Below, piece after piece: positions 1-9,611 of a DNA stretch of 41,566 bases. The DNA is taken from positions 1 through 41,566 of the forward strand of contig BDSW01000099.1 in NCBI GenBank assembly GCA_002898175.1, read 5' to 3'. The notes under the pieces are model-generated. The model was not told where the DNA came from, searched no databases, and saw only the letters and a list, made by a program, of their open reading frames with translations. A program made the position numbers and the translations under genes. The stretch comes from a bacterium BMS3Abin04 (lineage in GTDB: Bacteria; Bacteroidota; Ignavibacteria; Ignavibacteriales; Melioribacteraceae). Positions within the stretch are counted from its first letter, which is position 1. Every line of letters begins with the position of its first letter.

Positions 1-1
1 A

Positions 2-439
2 GCAGATACTAAATTGCTCAGTTTTATCTGCTCCGACTTAAAAGACATTTCTCATTATGCTAAAGTTTCCAACTATGCTTACAAAGCAATGAAAAAACTT
101 ATTCCCGGACCGTATACATTTGTTTTGACTGCAGCTAAAGATGTACCTAAAAAATTATGGACAAAAAGAAAAACCGTAGGTATCAGAGTTCCTGATCATG
201 AAATTGCACGAACCTTGGCGGCTGAATTAGGGCACCCCATAATAAGCACAAGCGTTACGAATAGAAAAGGCGATATTTATTTTGACCCTTCTGAAATAAG
301 AACTGTTTTTGATCACCTGGTTGATCTGATGCTGGCGGACGGCGCTCTAAGCGGACAAACTTCCAGTATAGTTGATTTGAGCGGTGACGAACCGGAAATT
401 ATAAGAGAAGGCGCCGGAGATTTAAGCTATTTTATGTAA
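2..439 (+). CDS. YciO/YrdC-family (Sua5/YciO/YrdC domain, threonylcarbamoyl-AMP synthase-like) protein, C-terminal part; 5' end is outside the window
   Basis: The frame is open from base 2, with no stop before the track's ATG at 14. The translation (PGPYTFVL, KRKTVGIRVP, ISTSV, SSIVDL, IIREGAGD) is colinear with the C-terminal two thirds of E. coli YciO as I remember it. Confidence 0.85.
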   Translation, partial: ADTKLLSFICSDLKDISHYAKVSNYAYKAMKKLIPGPYTFVLTAAKDVPKKLWTKRKTVGIRVPDHEIARTLAAELGHPIISTSVTNRKGDIYFDPSEIRTVFDHLVDLMLADGALSGQTSSIVDLSGDEPEIIREGAGDLSYFM

Positions 440-638
440 GCCGGTTTTTATAAATTTTGACATGTTTTAGAATAAAAAGCAATTTGGCAGATTTGCTCAT
501 TTAGTTAAACGATGAACACATGATTTGTTGTAACTTTTAAAACTGATGTCTTTCAACTTATCGAATTTTAATTACCATTAAATCGCACATATTCATTCAG
601 TATTTGCACGCCAAAAACTATATGTGTTGGTGATAGAT

Positions 639-1397
639 TTATTTATTGTACCATTCATAAGCATTCTCAAAGAATATTTTTTTTTGTTCTGCTTCCGTAA
701 AATTTTCCTTGATTAGGTTAATATGGTTTTCTGAAAATGGAAATTCAGCTCTTGTAGAAGGTAAATCTGTTCCAAACATAAGTGAATTTGGATTTATTTC
801 ATTTATTTTCTTTAATATGGGAATAGGATTAAAGTCAATTCTACCGAAACCAGTTGCTTTAACTTTAATTCCTTTTTCTATCCAACGATAAAGTTCCGGC
901 AATCCTTCTTTTGAAAGACCGATATGATCAATTGAAAATCTTTTCAATCTACTTAATTTTTGATCTAAATATTTTAAATTCTTATTGTCAACATATAATT
1001 CGGTATGCCAACCAAATTTGTCGAATAATCTATTCGATAGTTTCTCTAAATTTTCTATTGTTTCAGAGCCGCCTCTATTTAAGTTAAATCGGACTGCAAT
1101 AATATTAGCGTTTTTCAGTATATTCAATTCAGAATCAGAAATATTATTCGGAATATTTGCGACACCAAAATAATTTTTCCCTAATTTGTTTAATGCATCT
1201 ATTAAATACTCTTGATTAAACGCTTGGAAAGAGGCTGAAACAATAGCGCCTCCAACTATATTAAACTCTTTTGTTTTTTCTTTGTAATCTTCAATTGTAA
1301 ATTTAGGTGGAAAATACCCATTGTTTTTAACCAATGGATATTTAGGGTTAATAATATGAAAATGTGAGTCAAATATTTTCATTAATCTTTTTATCAA
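639..1397 (-). CDS. Metal-dependent TIM-barrel amidohydrolase (amidohydrolase_2-like), substrate unknown
   Basis: 252-aa ORF. It has the N-terminal FDSHFHII (HxH metal-ligand motif), an internal SIDHIG and a C-terminal GTDLP, the layout I associate with the PF04909-type amidohydrolase family. Confidence 0.7.
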   Translation of the reverse strand: MIKRLMKIFDSHFHIINPKYPLVKNNGYFPPKFTIEDYKEKTKEFNIVGGAIVSASFQAFNQEYLIDALNKLGKNYFGVANIPNNISDSELNILKNANIIAVRFNLNRGGSETIENLEKLSNRLFDKFGWHTELYVDNKNLKYLDQKLSRLKRFSIDHIGLSKEGLPELYRWIEKGIKVKATGFGRIDFNPIPILKKINEINPNSLMFGTDLPSTRAEFPFSENHINLIKENFTEAEQKKIFFENAYEWYNK

Positions 1398-1476
1398 TTA
1401 CTATAAATATATCGCAGCAAAGCTGCAATTTAGAGTTTAAAATTTTAATCCGGCTTGTTCCGGATGACTTATAATA

Positions 1477-2253
1477 CTATAAGTTCTGTTGCTTCCTGGA
1501 TGTTACAAAGGTATTTGCCTGAACGCTCGGCATAATAATTATTTCATTTATATTTGCATGCGGAGGTCTTGTTGCACAGAATACAACGGCTTCTGCAATA
1601 TCTTTTCCCGTTAACGGGGTTAATCCTTTGTAGGTATTTTTAGCTCTTTCTTCATCGCCGTAAAACCGTACATTACTAAAATTAGTTTCTACCATTCCCG
1701 GATCTACTGTGGAGACTCTTATTCCCTTGTCCAACACATCCATTCTTAAGGATTTTGTAATAGCATTTACTGCATGTTTTGTGGCACAATAAACTCCGCC
1801 GCCAGGATAAGCTTCGTGCCCGGCTATTGATCCGATATTTATTACGTGTCCCTTTCCTCTATTAACCATTCCCGGTACGATTACCCGGGTTACATAGAGA
1901 AGCCCTTTAATGTTAGTGTTGATCATCTCTTCCCAGCCTTCAACATTGTCTTCATACAGTTTATTTAATCCTCTGCCAAGACCGGCGTTATTAATTAAGA
2001 TGTCTATACTTTTCCATTCTTCGGGCAGAGATTCAACTACCTTTTGTACCTCGTTATTATTTCTTACATCTAATTTTATTGTGAAGACTTTGGTTTTTTC
2101 TTTTAACTTTTCGGCTAATTCATCAATAAGATTTTTTCTACGGGCGCATAGAATTAAATTTGCTCTTTTTTCGGCAAATTCTTCTGCACAGGCTTTTCCT
2201 ATTCCCGATGAAGCGCCTGTAATAAAAACAGTTTTATTTTTTAGTGATACCAT
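1477..2253 (-). CDS. Short-chain dehydrogenase/reductase (YdfG-like NADP-dependent 3-hydroxy acid/serine dehydrogenase type)
   Basis: TGASSGIG Rossmann motif right after MVSLKNKTVFI, plus NNAG and the YCATKHA (YxxxK) catalytic motif. I start it at the ATG at 2253, which has a GAGGGA Shine-Dalgarno-like sequence upstream. The track's 2313 start adds 20 non-conserved residues. Confidence 0.9.
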   Translation of the reverse strand: MVSLKNKTVFITGASSGIGKACAEEFAEKRANLILCARRKNLIDELAEKLKEKTKVFTIKLDVRNNNEVQKVVESLPEEWKSIDILINNAGLGRGLNKLYEDNVEGWEEMINTNIKGLLYVTRVIVPGMVNRGKGHVINIGSIAGHEAYPGGGVYCATKHAVNAITKSLRMDVLDKGIRVSTVDPGMVETNFSNVRFYGDEERAKNTYKGLTPLTGKDIAEAVVFCATRPPHANINEIIIMPSVQANTFVTSRKQQNL

Positions 2254-2351
2254 TATTCGTTCCCTCAGTAAATTATTTTTAGAATCGAGCATCGAAAAAA
2301 TAAATAAAAACAAAGAATTATAAATCGGTGTGAAATTCTATCCCAACAGGT

Positions 2352-4109
2352 TTATTTACGACGCAAATTTAATTCCTTAGCAAAGTCACTTTCAAAATAT
2401 TCTTGCTCACCTCTTTTTTTATCATTTTTTAATGATTTGTCATATTGTCTAAGATCTTTTCTCATCACTTTTGCACTTATTGTTTTGGGAAACTCTTCAA
2501 GAAATTCAATCGATCGTGGTCGTTTATACGGCCCAATATGATCTCTAATAAAACGAAAAATTTCTAACGCCATTTGCTTCGAGGCTTGAAAATCCGGTTT
2601 GAGTACAATGAATGCTTTAGGAACTATCCGGTCTCTATCATCGACCGTTGGGATAACTCCAACTTCTAAAACTGCCGGATTTTCCATAATCTCACTTTCT
2701 ACTTCAAACGGACTAATCCTGTAATCCAGGCTTTTAAAAACATCATCTACGCGACCAATAAAATGTATGTAACCCTCTTCATCCATAAATGCAGTATCGC
2801 CTGTTAAGTACCATCCACCTTTGAATATTTCTTTATTCCTTTCAGGGTCATCGTAGCCGGTTAAAAGTCCTAAAGGTCTTATAGGATAAGTTGAAACAGC
2901 TATTTGTCCGTCTTCGTTGCGTTTAACTTCATCTAACGTGTTGTTTAATATTTTTACTTCATAGCCCGGCGCAACTTTACCTATTGCACTATCTTTCCTT
3001 TTCATTCCTTTGAAAGTTGCAACCAGTCCGGTAGTTTCTGTTTGACCGTATCCTTCTCTAAGTTCCAATCCGACAGCTTCTTTTGCTTTGTTAACTATTT
3101 CGGGGTTTAACGGTTCACCGGCGCTTACCATCTTTTTTAGCGAAAGATTATATTTACCGATATCTTCGAGCAAGAATAATTTCCAAACACTTAAAGGTGC
3201 ACACAGGCTTGTTACTTTATACTTTTCCATTTTTTCAAGAACACTTTTTGCATTGAATTGAGAATACTTAAAAGCTAAGATAGTTGCTTTCGCATTCCAC
3301 GGACTGAAAAAGCTGCTCCATGCAAACTTTGCCCATCCGGGAGCGCTAATGTTGTAATGGATATCACCTGGTTGAACATCCAACCAATACATTGTTGTAA
3401 GGTGACCAACAGGATAATAGTGCGGATGCATAACCAATTTTGGCTTTGCAGTAGTCCCGGATGTGAAGAACAAGAAAAGATCATCGGTAGAATAGGTAAT
3501 AAAAAAGGGTGAAAAATCATCATCATAATTATCCGTTTCGCTGTAATCAACCCAGTTCGGTTCAATGTTTTCATTATCGCATTTCTGTTTTTCTTGGCTG
3601 CTCCTTACGCATATTTTCGCTTTTAGTGTTTCAAGAATAACACCGGCTTCATTAACTCGTTTGCTGTAATCATGATGTGAAATAAAAAATTTGACATTTC
3701 CCCTTTCAATTCTATCTCTAATATCTTTTGGTGAAAGTAGAGTAGCAGCCGGAATGATTGCTCCGCCGGCTTTCATAATTCCTAATAAGATTTCAAATAT
3801 TTCTACAGAGGTATCCATCATTATCATAACGCGGTCACCTTTTTGCAGACCTAGATCGTTTAGTAAATTAGCTACCTTAGAAGAACGGCGGCTCATAATA
3901 TCAAAAGTTACTTTTCTTTCATTGTCATTTTCATCGCAGTAAATAAGAGCTGTATCATTATTCCCGCGCGCCATCGCATCAAAATAATCCAATGCCCAAT
4001 TAAATTTAGTTAAGTGAGGCCACTTAAAATTTTCAACTGCCTCATCGTAGTTTTGTACATTGAGTAAGAAATCTCTTAGTTCTAAAAATTTTTTGACATC
4101 ATAATTCAT
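2352..4109 (-). CDS. AMP-forming acyl-CoA synthetase / acyl-CoA ligase (ANL superfamily, medium-chain type)
   Basis: 585 aa with the AMP-binding signature FFTSGTTAKPKLVMH, plus EGYGQTET, YLTGDTAFMDEEGYIHFIGRVDD and the C-terminal catalytic-lysine region PKTISAKVMRKDLR. Confidence 0.9.
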   Translation of the reverse strand: MNYDVKKFLELRDFLLNVQNYDEAVENFKWPHLTKFNWALDYFDAMARGNNDTALIYCDENDNERKVTFDIMSRRSSKVANLLNDLGLQKGDRVMIMMDTSVEIFEILLGIMKAGGAIIPAATLLSPKDIRDRIERGNVKFFISHHDYSKRVNEAGVILETLKAKICVRSSQEKQKCDNENIEPNWVDYSETDNYDDDFSPFFITYSTDDLFLFFTSGTTAKPKLVMHPHYYPVGHLTTMYWLDVQPGDIHYNISAPGWAKFAWSSFFSPWNAKATILAFKYSQFNAKSVLEKMEKYKVTSLCAPLSVWKLFLLEDIGKYNLSLKKMVSAGEPLNPEIVNKAKEAVGLELREGYGQTETTGLVATFKGMKRKDSAIGKVAPGYEVKILNNTLDEVKRNEDGQIAVSTYPIRPLGLLTGYDDPERNKEIFKGGWYLTGDTAFMDEEGYIHFIGRVDDVFKSLDYRISPFEVESEIMENPAVLEVGVIPTVDDRDRIVPKAFIVLKPDFQASKQMALEIFRFIRDHIGPYKRPRSIEFLEEFPKTISAKVMRKDLRQYDKSLKNDKKRGEQEYFESDFAKELNLRRK

Positions 4110-4290
4110 TTTCGCCTCCGGGTTTTAGAGAAACAATAGTTGAAAACTAATAACAATATTTTTATATAAGGTTAAGCAAAATTTAATCTATTCCGGAAAA
4201 TATTTTATACTCTAAAATAATAAATACTTTTCAAGTTCAAAAATGATTGTTTATAATTCTAAATGAAAATTTGAATTTATATTGCCTAAA

Positions 4291-6723
4291 TTAACGTTCA
4301 ATCCAACTTGTTCTACCGGTTTTAAAATTAGGTGCGATAATATTATAAGGATATTGACCAAGAACAGCAGGTAATTTATTGTTATTCCCGTGGGAGCTGA
4401 CCAGCCAAGTCTCATCACTTAGTATTTTTAATATATTGTTACTTGTTATAATTTGAGCATCGATGTTTATTCCTGCATTTCCATTAGGACTAAAATTCTT
4501 GGCTTCAACAGTGATAATATTTTCGCCGTTTTTAAGGAATTTTGATATGTTAATCATTTTAATCCTTTTATATTCCACCAATAGAGAGCCGGTTCGTTTC
4601 GCGAGAACAGTATTTACATATTTCCCATTTATGTTAAGTTTGGCGTAGGTATCGGCAATAATCTGTAATTTAGCAGAATTGATTTTACCTTTAATATTAA
4701 ACCTTTTAGAGAATATAACGTCTTTTCCTTCCACAGAATCAGGTTTAGGATAGTAAATCCATTTACTTTTAATTAAAGGTGATTCTAACTTACCGTTTTC
4801 GAGTTGTTGTTTAGTCTCTTCAAAATAATCTATTAGTCTGTTGTACTTGTCCATTACCATAAGTAAATTGGCTTTTTTGTAATATCTTTTCCATAAAGTA
4901 GAGTGCTCCTTTTTTAGCATAAGCAATCTTTTGATGTTTTCATTTATTAAGTTAATGCTTTGAAGTGTATCTGTATCTTTATTCGTTAAAATATATTTTA
5001 ACTTCTCTGTTGTTTTAAGTTTTAGAGCATACCACTCATCAAACTTAATTTCAAATTCCAGAATATCCAAATGATCTTTGTTTTTAGTGACTTCTTTTTT
5101 ATAACGGATAATTTGATTTTTTAACGGAGTAAGATTTTGTTTAATCCAATCTGCTTTTGCTGCGGATGCTATTTTAATATCCCACCAAGCCTGGTATTTT
5201 CTCTTGGTAAGCGGATGCATCCAAACATTATTCCAAAATACCAGAGCGGAAACATCACTCAACTTTTCATAAAACTTAGAAAGGGCGGGATCCTCTAAAC
5301 CCCAAAAATCGTTGAAATAATCTGTGTTAAACTTTTTTATATCACTACCGGAGAAATTCCAGGAACACTGAGCCGACCATGCATAACCGTAAAGAACCAG
5401 TTCTTTAAGCGTTTCTGCTCCAAAGTCGCCCCAATTAGAATTTATCATACCAATAGCATTGTTTTTCAAGCCCGAGTAAGTTATATCCTTAATATTTGTA
5501 TTTGCATAAACATAGTTAGGAAACGTATTAACAAAATTCCAGACACTCGGAGAAACAATGTAATTTAAGTCTGCTTCCTTAAACGGATATACAGAAGGAT
5601 ATTCAAATCTTGGGTGGTATCTCCAATCAACAATTGTAATATCTTTTGGCAGTTTTTTAATGATTTCCGGATATCTCAAAAGGATATCTCCGTACATCAT
5701 TACCTTCTTCCCATGCTCTTTACAAATATTGTAAACACGTAAATAATGTTTTAGATGTGCTTCGGCTATTCCAATGCTATCAACCAGCGCTTTACTTTCA
5801 CCTAACCCTACATCATAACTTTCATCCGCACCCATGTGAAAATATTCGGATGGAAAAGCATCAAAGATTTCTTTTAATAACTTATCAAGAAATTTATATG
5901 TACTTTCGCTGGATACATTTAGTGATGCAGCTCCCGGAAATTCAGCATATTTAACAAATTTGCCTTGAGTTAAAATATTCTCATAATGTCCTAATGTTTG
6001 GAAAATTGGAATAACATCTACAAAATGCTCGTTAGCATATTGAACAATTTCTTTAACTTCGTTTTTGGATAACGCCCCCCTGTTTTTACCGATTGAAGGA
6101 AATGAACTAAATTGGAACATATCCTCCATGTAAGGCATGTAGGTATTCATTTTATAGCGTGAAATAAATTTTATTATTCTCTTAAAATTTTTTAAGGTAG
6201 AAACTTGTCCTCTACTAATATCATCTGAAATTCCTCTTATTTTCATATCCGGCCAATCAACGATTTTCAGACCAATAAGTCTTTTATTGTTCGCGTGTTC
6301 CAATAATTGTAACAAAGTCATTGAACCGTAATAAATACCTTTCGCAGTTGTTGCTTTTATTACTATGCCGTCTTTATCAATAGTTAAATAGTAGCTTTCA
6401 TTGAGATATTTCTCGGGTATTTTTACTGTTTCATGATAATTCTTTGTCAGTATAAACCGAATATCGGAAAACTCAGCTTGCGAACTTATTTTGGTTTTTA
6501 TATTAAATAAGTTTGATAAAGCTTCTTTGATTTCATTGGCGCTATACATTAATTCGGTATTCGAAATGCCATTTATTATTATAGTGTTTTGCAGTTGAAA
6601 AGAAGAAGCAGTATTTTTTTTTGCTATCTGCGGTTTAGGTATTACGTTTAATTCCATCTGTTGACCGAAGCTAATTGAAAAGAAAAATAAAAAAATGATA
6701 TTAAAAATACGAAGTAATTTCAT
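4291..6723 (-). CDS. Secreted glycoside hydrolase family 20-like protein (beta-N-acetylhexosaminidase-like) with C-terminal beta-sandwich domain
   Basis: Signal peptide MKLLRIFNIIFLFFFSISFG. Barrel start MKIRGISDDISRG, then NTYMPYMED and FHMGADE (the D-E acid/base pair region of GH20). The last ~150 aa resemble a galactose-binding-like domain. Specificity cannot be told from sequence alone. Confidence 0.7.
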   Translation of the reverse strand: MKLLRIFNIIFLFFFSISFGQQMELNVIPKPQIAKKNTASSFQLQNTIIINGISNTELMYSANEIKEALSNLFNIKTKISSQAEFSDIRFILTKNYHETVKIPEKYLNESYYLTIDKDGIVIKATTAKGIYYGSMTLLQLLEHANNKRLIGLKIVDWPDMKIRGISDDISRGQVSTLKNFKRIIKFISRYKMNTYMPYMEDMFQFSSFPSIGKNRGALSKNEVKEIVQYANEHFVDVIPIFQTLGHYENILTQGKFVKYAEFPGAASLNVSSESTYKFLDKLLKEIFDAFPSEYFHMGADESYDVGLGESKALVDSIGIAEAHLKHYLRVYNICKEHGKKVMMYGDILLRYPEIIKKLPKDITIVDWRYHPRFEYPSVYPFKEADLNYIVSPSVWNFVNTFPNYVYANTNIKDITYSGLKNNAIGMINSNWGDFGAETLKELVLYGYAWSAQCSWNFSGSDIKKFNTDYFNDFWGLEDPALSKFYEKLSDVSALVFWNNVWMHPLTKRKYQAWWDIKIASAAKADWIKQNLTPLKNQIIRYKKEVTKNKDHLDILEFEIKFDEWYALKLKTTEKLKYILTNKDTDTLQSINLINENIKRLLMLKKEHSTLWKRYYKKANLLMVMDKYNRLIDYFEETKQQLENGKLESPLIKSKWIYYPKPDSVEGKDVIFSKRFNIKGKINSAKLQIIADTYAKLNINGKYVNTVLAKRTGSLLVEYKRIKMINISKFLKNGENIITVEAKNFSPNGNAGINIDAQIITSNNILKILSDETWLVSSHGNNNKLPAVLGQYPYNIIAPNFKTGRTSWIER

Positions 6724-6980
6724 TCTAATTTCCTGGGTTGGATTTAAAAATAAACTTAAATTTACTATACTTACTTGTAAAATAAAAATAACTAACTCAA
6801 TTTAAGTCGGCTAACCATTATTTGCCGGTTATTAAAATTTTTAATTTAAATGTTTCATTATATTCAAAAAAATATTTTTCTTTTTTTTAATTTTTATCTT
6901 ATATTCTAAATAAGAATTTTTAATCTGTTATTCCTCGAATAATTATTTCATTTTTATAGCATTTATTAAACCAGAATAGA

Positions 6981-9395
6981 TTGATTAAAACGGATATTTA
7001 TACCCCAACTGCGCAAGAGCTGAAATGCTATCACTGTGGTGAAGACTGCTCAACAGCCGATATTCATATAAGCGATAAAGTATTTTGCTGCAATGGCTGC
7101 AAAACAGTCTATGAAATACTGAACCAAAATAATCTATGTGAATATTATAACATAGATGAAAATCCCGGAATTACAAAAACAAAAGATATAAAGCGCAACT
7201 ATGATTTTTTGGATGACCGGGAACTAATTGAAGAATTAATAGATTTTACCGACGGAAGAACCACTAAAGTTACTTTTAGTATACCTCAAATGCACTGTAG
7301 TTCTTGTATTTGGATTTTGGAAAACTTATACAAACTAAATCATGCCATTAAATACTCTAAAGCTGATTTTCTAAAGAAAATTGTTGTCGTGCAATTTGAT
7401 CAAGAAAAAATAACTTTGAAAGAAGTAGTTGAACTTCTTGATTCCATTGGATATGAGCCGGACTTAAATCTTGAAGGTAAACAGCAAAACAAATCAAATT
7501 CTGAAACAAAAAAACTTTATTATAAAATTGGAGTAGCCGGTTTTGCTTTCGGAAATATTATGCTGTTTAGCTTTCCTGAATATTTATCCTTTGACAGTTT
7601 TCATATTGATAATATTAGTCAAGTGTTTAGTTATTTAAATGTAATTTTTGCTTTGCCGGTATTTTTTTATAGCGCAAGCGAATATTTCATATCGGCATTT
7701 AAAGGGTTGCGCAAAAAAATTTTTAATATTGACGTGCCGGTGTCTTTGGGTATAACGGTTTTGTTCTCAAGAAGTTTGTACGAGATTTTAGCACAAACAG
7801 GACCCGGATACTTTGACTCAATGACTGCTCTGGTGTTTTTATTGTTAATAGGCAGAGTATTTCAGAACAAAACATACGATTCACTAAACTTTGAAAGAAA
7901 TTATAAATCCTATTTCCCAATATCCGTGACGATTAAAAAGGGAAATAAGGAATCGACTAAACCCGTAGGAAAACTTGAAGTCGGCGATAGAATTGTTATA
8001 AAGAATCAAGAACTAATACCTGCTGATTCTATCTTGATAAAAGGACACGGTTACATTGATTATAGCTTTGTAACGGGTGAGTCAAATCCGGTTGAAAAGG
8101 TAAACGGCGATATACTTTATGCAGGCGGCAAACAGATCGGCAGCGCTCTTGAAGTCGAGACAGTAAAAGAAGTCTCTCAAAGTTATTTAACCCAACTCTG
8201 GAACAATAGAGCATTCCATAAAGATTATGAAAACAGGCTAGATACTTTAGTGAATATTGTTAGTAAGTATTTTACATTCATAATATTATGTATTGCAGTA
8301 ATTGCCGCCATATTTTGGTGGCCAAATGCAAACTTGGCATTCAACGCTTTTACTGCCGTATTAATTATTGCATGCCCTTGTGCGCTTGCTTTATCAACAC
8401 CGTTTACTTTAGGGAATACTCTTAGGATTTTCGGTAGGAATAAATTTTATCTTAAGAACACAGGTATTGTAGAAAAATTAGCCGGTATTTCTAATATTGT
8501 TTTTGATAAAACCGGGACATTAACCGAAACAGGTAATTTAAAGGTGAAGTTTGAAGGTGAACCTCTTTCGGATTATGAAAAAAAAATAGTGAAAACGTTG
8601 GTATATAATTCGGGACATCCTTTAAGTAACGGGATTTACAACTTATTGCAGGTAGATAAGTTGGATAATATTACCGAATACAGGGAGTTGCCTGCGCAGG
8701 GTATTAAAGCTATTATTGACGGTCATAATATACAAATCGGCTCAAGAATGTTTGTTACAAACAACGATCCCAACGAAACAAATTTAAGCACTAAAGTTTA
8801 TTTATCGATTGATAATAAAATAAGGGGATTCTTTGCAGTAAAAAATATTTACAGAGTAAAGGTAGACCAGATTATTTCCTCTCTTAAAAACTTTTTCAAA
8901 CTATCTTTGCTTTCAGGTGATAATGACGGAGAAAAGGAAGAGTTGCAAGAAATGTTCGGCACTAATACGGAAATGATGTTTAAACAATCCCCGCAAGATA
9001 AACTTGATTATGTCAAGTCCTTACAAACCAAAGGGAATTCGGTATTAATGATAGGTGATGGATTAAACGATGCCGGTGCATTGATGCAAAGTGATGTTGG
9101 TATTTCTATCTCGGAAGATGCAAATAATTTTTCTCCCGCATGTGATGGAATTTTAGAATCAAAATCATTTTTGAAATTAGATGAATTTATCAAGTTTGCA
9201 AAAACGAGCAAGTACATTATAATTATTAGCTTTATACTTTCATTTGCCTATAATATAATCGGTATGTACTTTGCCGTTCAAGGGACTTTATCTCCTGTTA
9301 TTGCAGCTATTTTAATGCCTCTAAGTTCAATATCTGTTGTGATTTTCACAACTTTAAGCACAAACATACTTGCTAAAAAGAAAGGTTTAATTTAA
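6981..9395 (+). CDS. ccoI: Copper-translocating P1B-type ATPase of the cbb3 maturation pathway (CcoI/FixI)
   Basis: DKTGTLT phosphorylation site, IIACPCALAL (CPC) translocation motif and GDGLNDAGAL hinge. The Cys-rich N-terminus CYHCGEDC..CCNGCKTVYE is typical of FixI/CcoI, and the gene lies directly upstream of ccoS-ccoNO. TTG start as in the ORF track; the exact start is uncertain. Confidence 0.9.
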   Translation: MIKTDIYTPTAQELKCYHCGEDCSTADIHISDKVFCCNGCKTVYEILNQNNLCEYYNIDENPGITKTKDIKRNYDFLDDRELIEELIDFTDGRTTKVTFSIPQMHCSSCIWILENLYKLNHAIKYSKADFLKKIVVVQFDQEKITLKEVVELLDSIGYEPDLNLEGKQQNKSNSETKKLYYKIGVAGFAFGNIMLFSFPEYLSFDSFHIDNISQVFSYLNVIFALPVFFYSASEYFISAFKGLRKKIFNIDVPVSLGITVLFSRSLYEILAQTGPGYFDSMTALVFLLLIGRVFQNKTYDSLNFERNYKSYFPISVTIKKGNKESTKPVGKLEVGDRIVIKNQELIPADSILIKGHGYIDYSFVTGESNPVEKVNGDILYAGGKQIGSALEVETVKEVSQSYLTQLWNNRAFHKDYENRLDTLVNIVSKYFTFIILCIAVIAAIFWWPNANLAFNAFTAVLIIACPCALALSTPFTLGNTLRIFGRNKFYLKNTGIVEKLAGISNIVFDKTGTLTETGNLKVKFEGEPLSDYEKKIVKTLVYNSGHPLSNGIYNLLQVDKLDNITEYRELPAQGIKAIIDGHNIQIGSRMFVTNNDPNETNLSTKVYLSIDNKIRGFFAVKNIYRVKVDQIISSLKNFFKLSLLSGDNDGEKEELQEMFGTNTEMMFKQSPQDKLDYVKSLQTKGNSVLMIGDGLNDAGALMQSDVGISISEDANNFSPACDGILESKSFLKLDEFIKFAKTSKYIIIISFILSFAYNIIGMYFAVQGTLSPVIAAILMPLSSISVVIFTTLSTNILAKKKGLI

Positions 9396-9586
9396 TGTCC
9401 GTAATTTTAGTCTTAATTGGATTTAGTTTGTTTGTGGCGTTGATGTTCCTCGGAGCTTATTTTTGGGCTGTAAAAAGCGGTCAATATGACGACAAGTATA
9501 CACCATCGGTAAGGATATTATTCGACGATAAAAAGGAAATTGAAAAAGATGAAATTAAAGACAATAAACATAAACTATCAAAATAA
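9395..9586 (+). CDS. ccoS: cbb3-type cytochrome oxidase maturation protein CcoS/FixS
   Basis: 63 aa with one TM helix and the FLGAYFWAVKSGQYDD signature. The start overlaps the ccoI stop (TAATG). Confidence 0.9.
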   Translation: MSVILVLIGFSLFVALMFLGAYFWAVKSGQYDDKYTPSVRILFDDKKEIEKDEIKDNKHKLSK

Positions 9587-9611
9587 TCTATAATTAAATA
9601 GGAGTGATTAT

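Noticed and set aside
1910-2323. Antisense ORFs inside well-supported genes. Examples: 1910..2323, 3691..3942, 22363..22707, 27521..27847, 28669..28956, 29090..29347, 35601..35888, 35839..36078, 36814..37032, 40365..40577.
   Set aside because: Each lies wholly within, or opposite to, a gene with strong family motifs, and the translations are low complexity. They are shadow ORFs of the real genes.
6724-6980. FNR/CRP-type anaerobox (TTGAT-N4-ATCAA) upstream of the cco cluster.
   Set aside because: I scanned the 257-nt upstream region by eye and found no such site. The TTGAT at 6981 is the start codon region itself.
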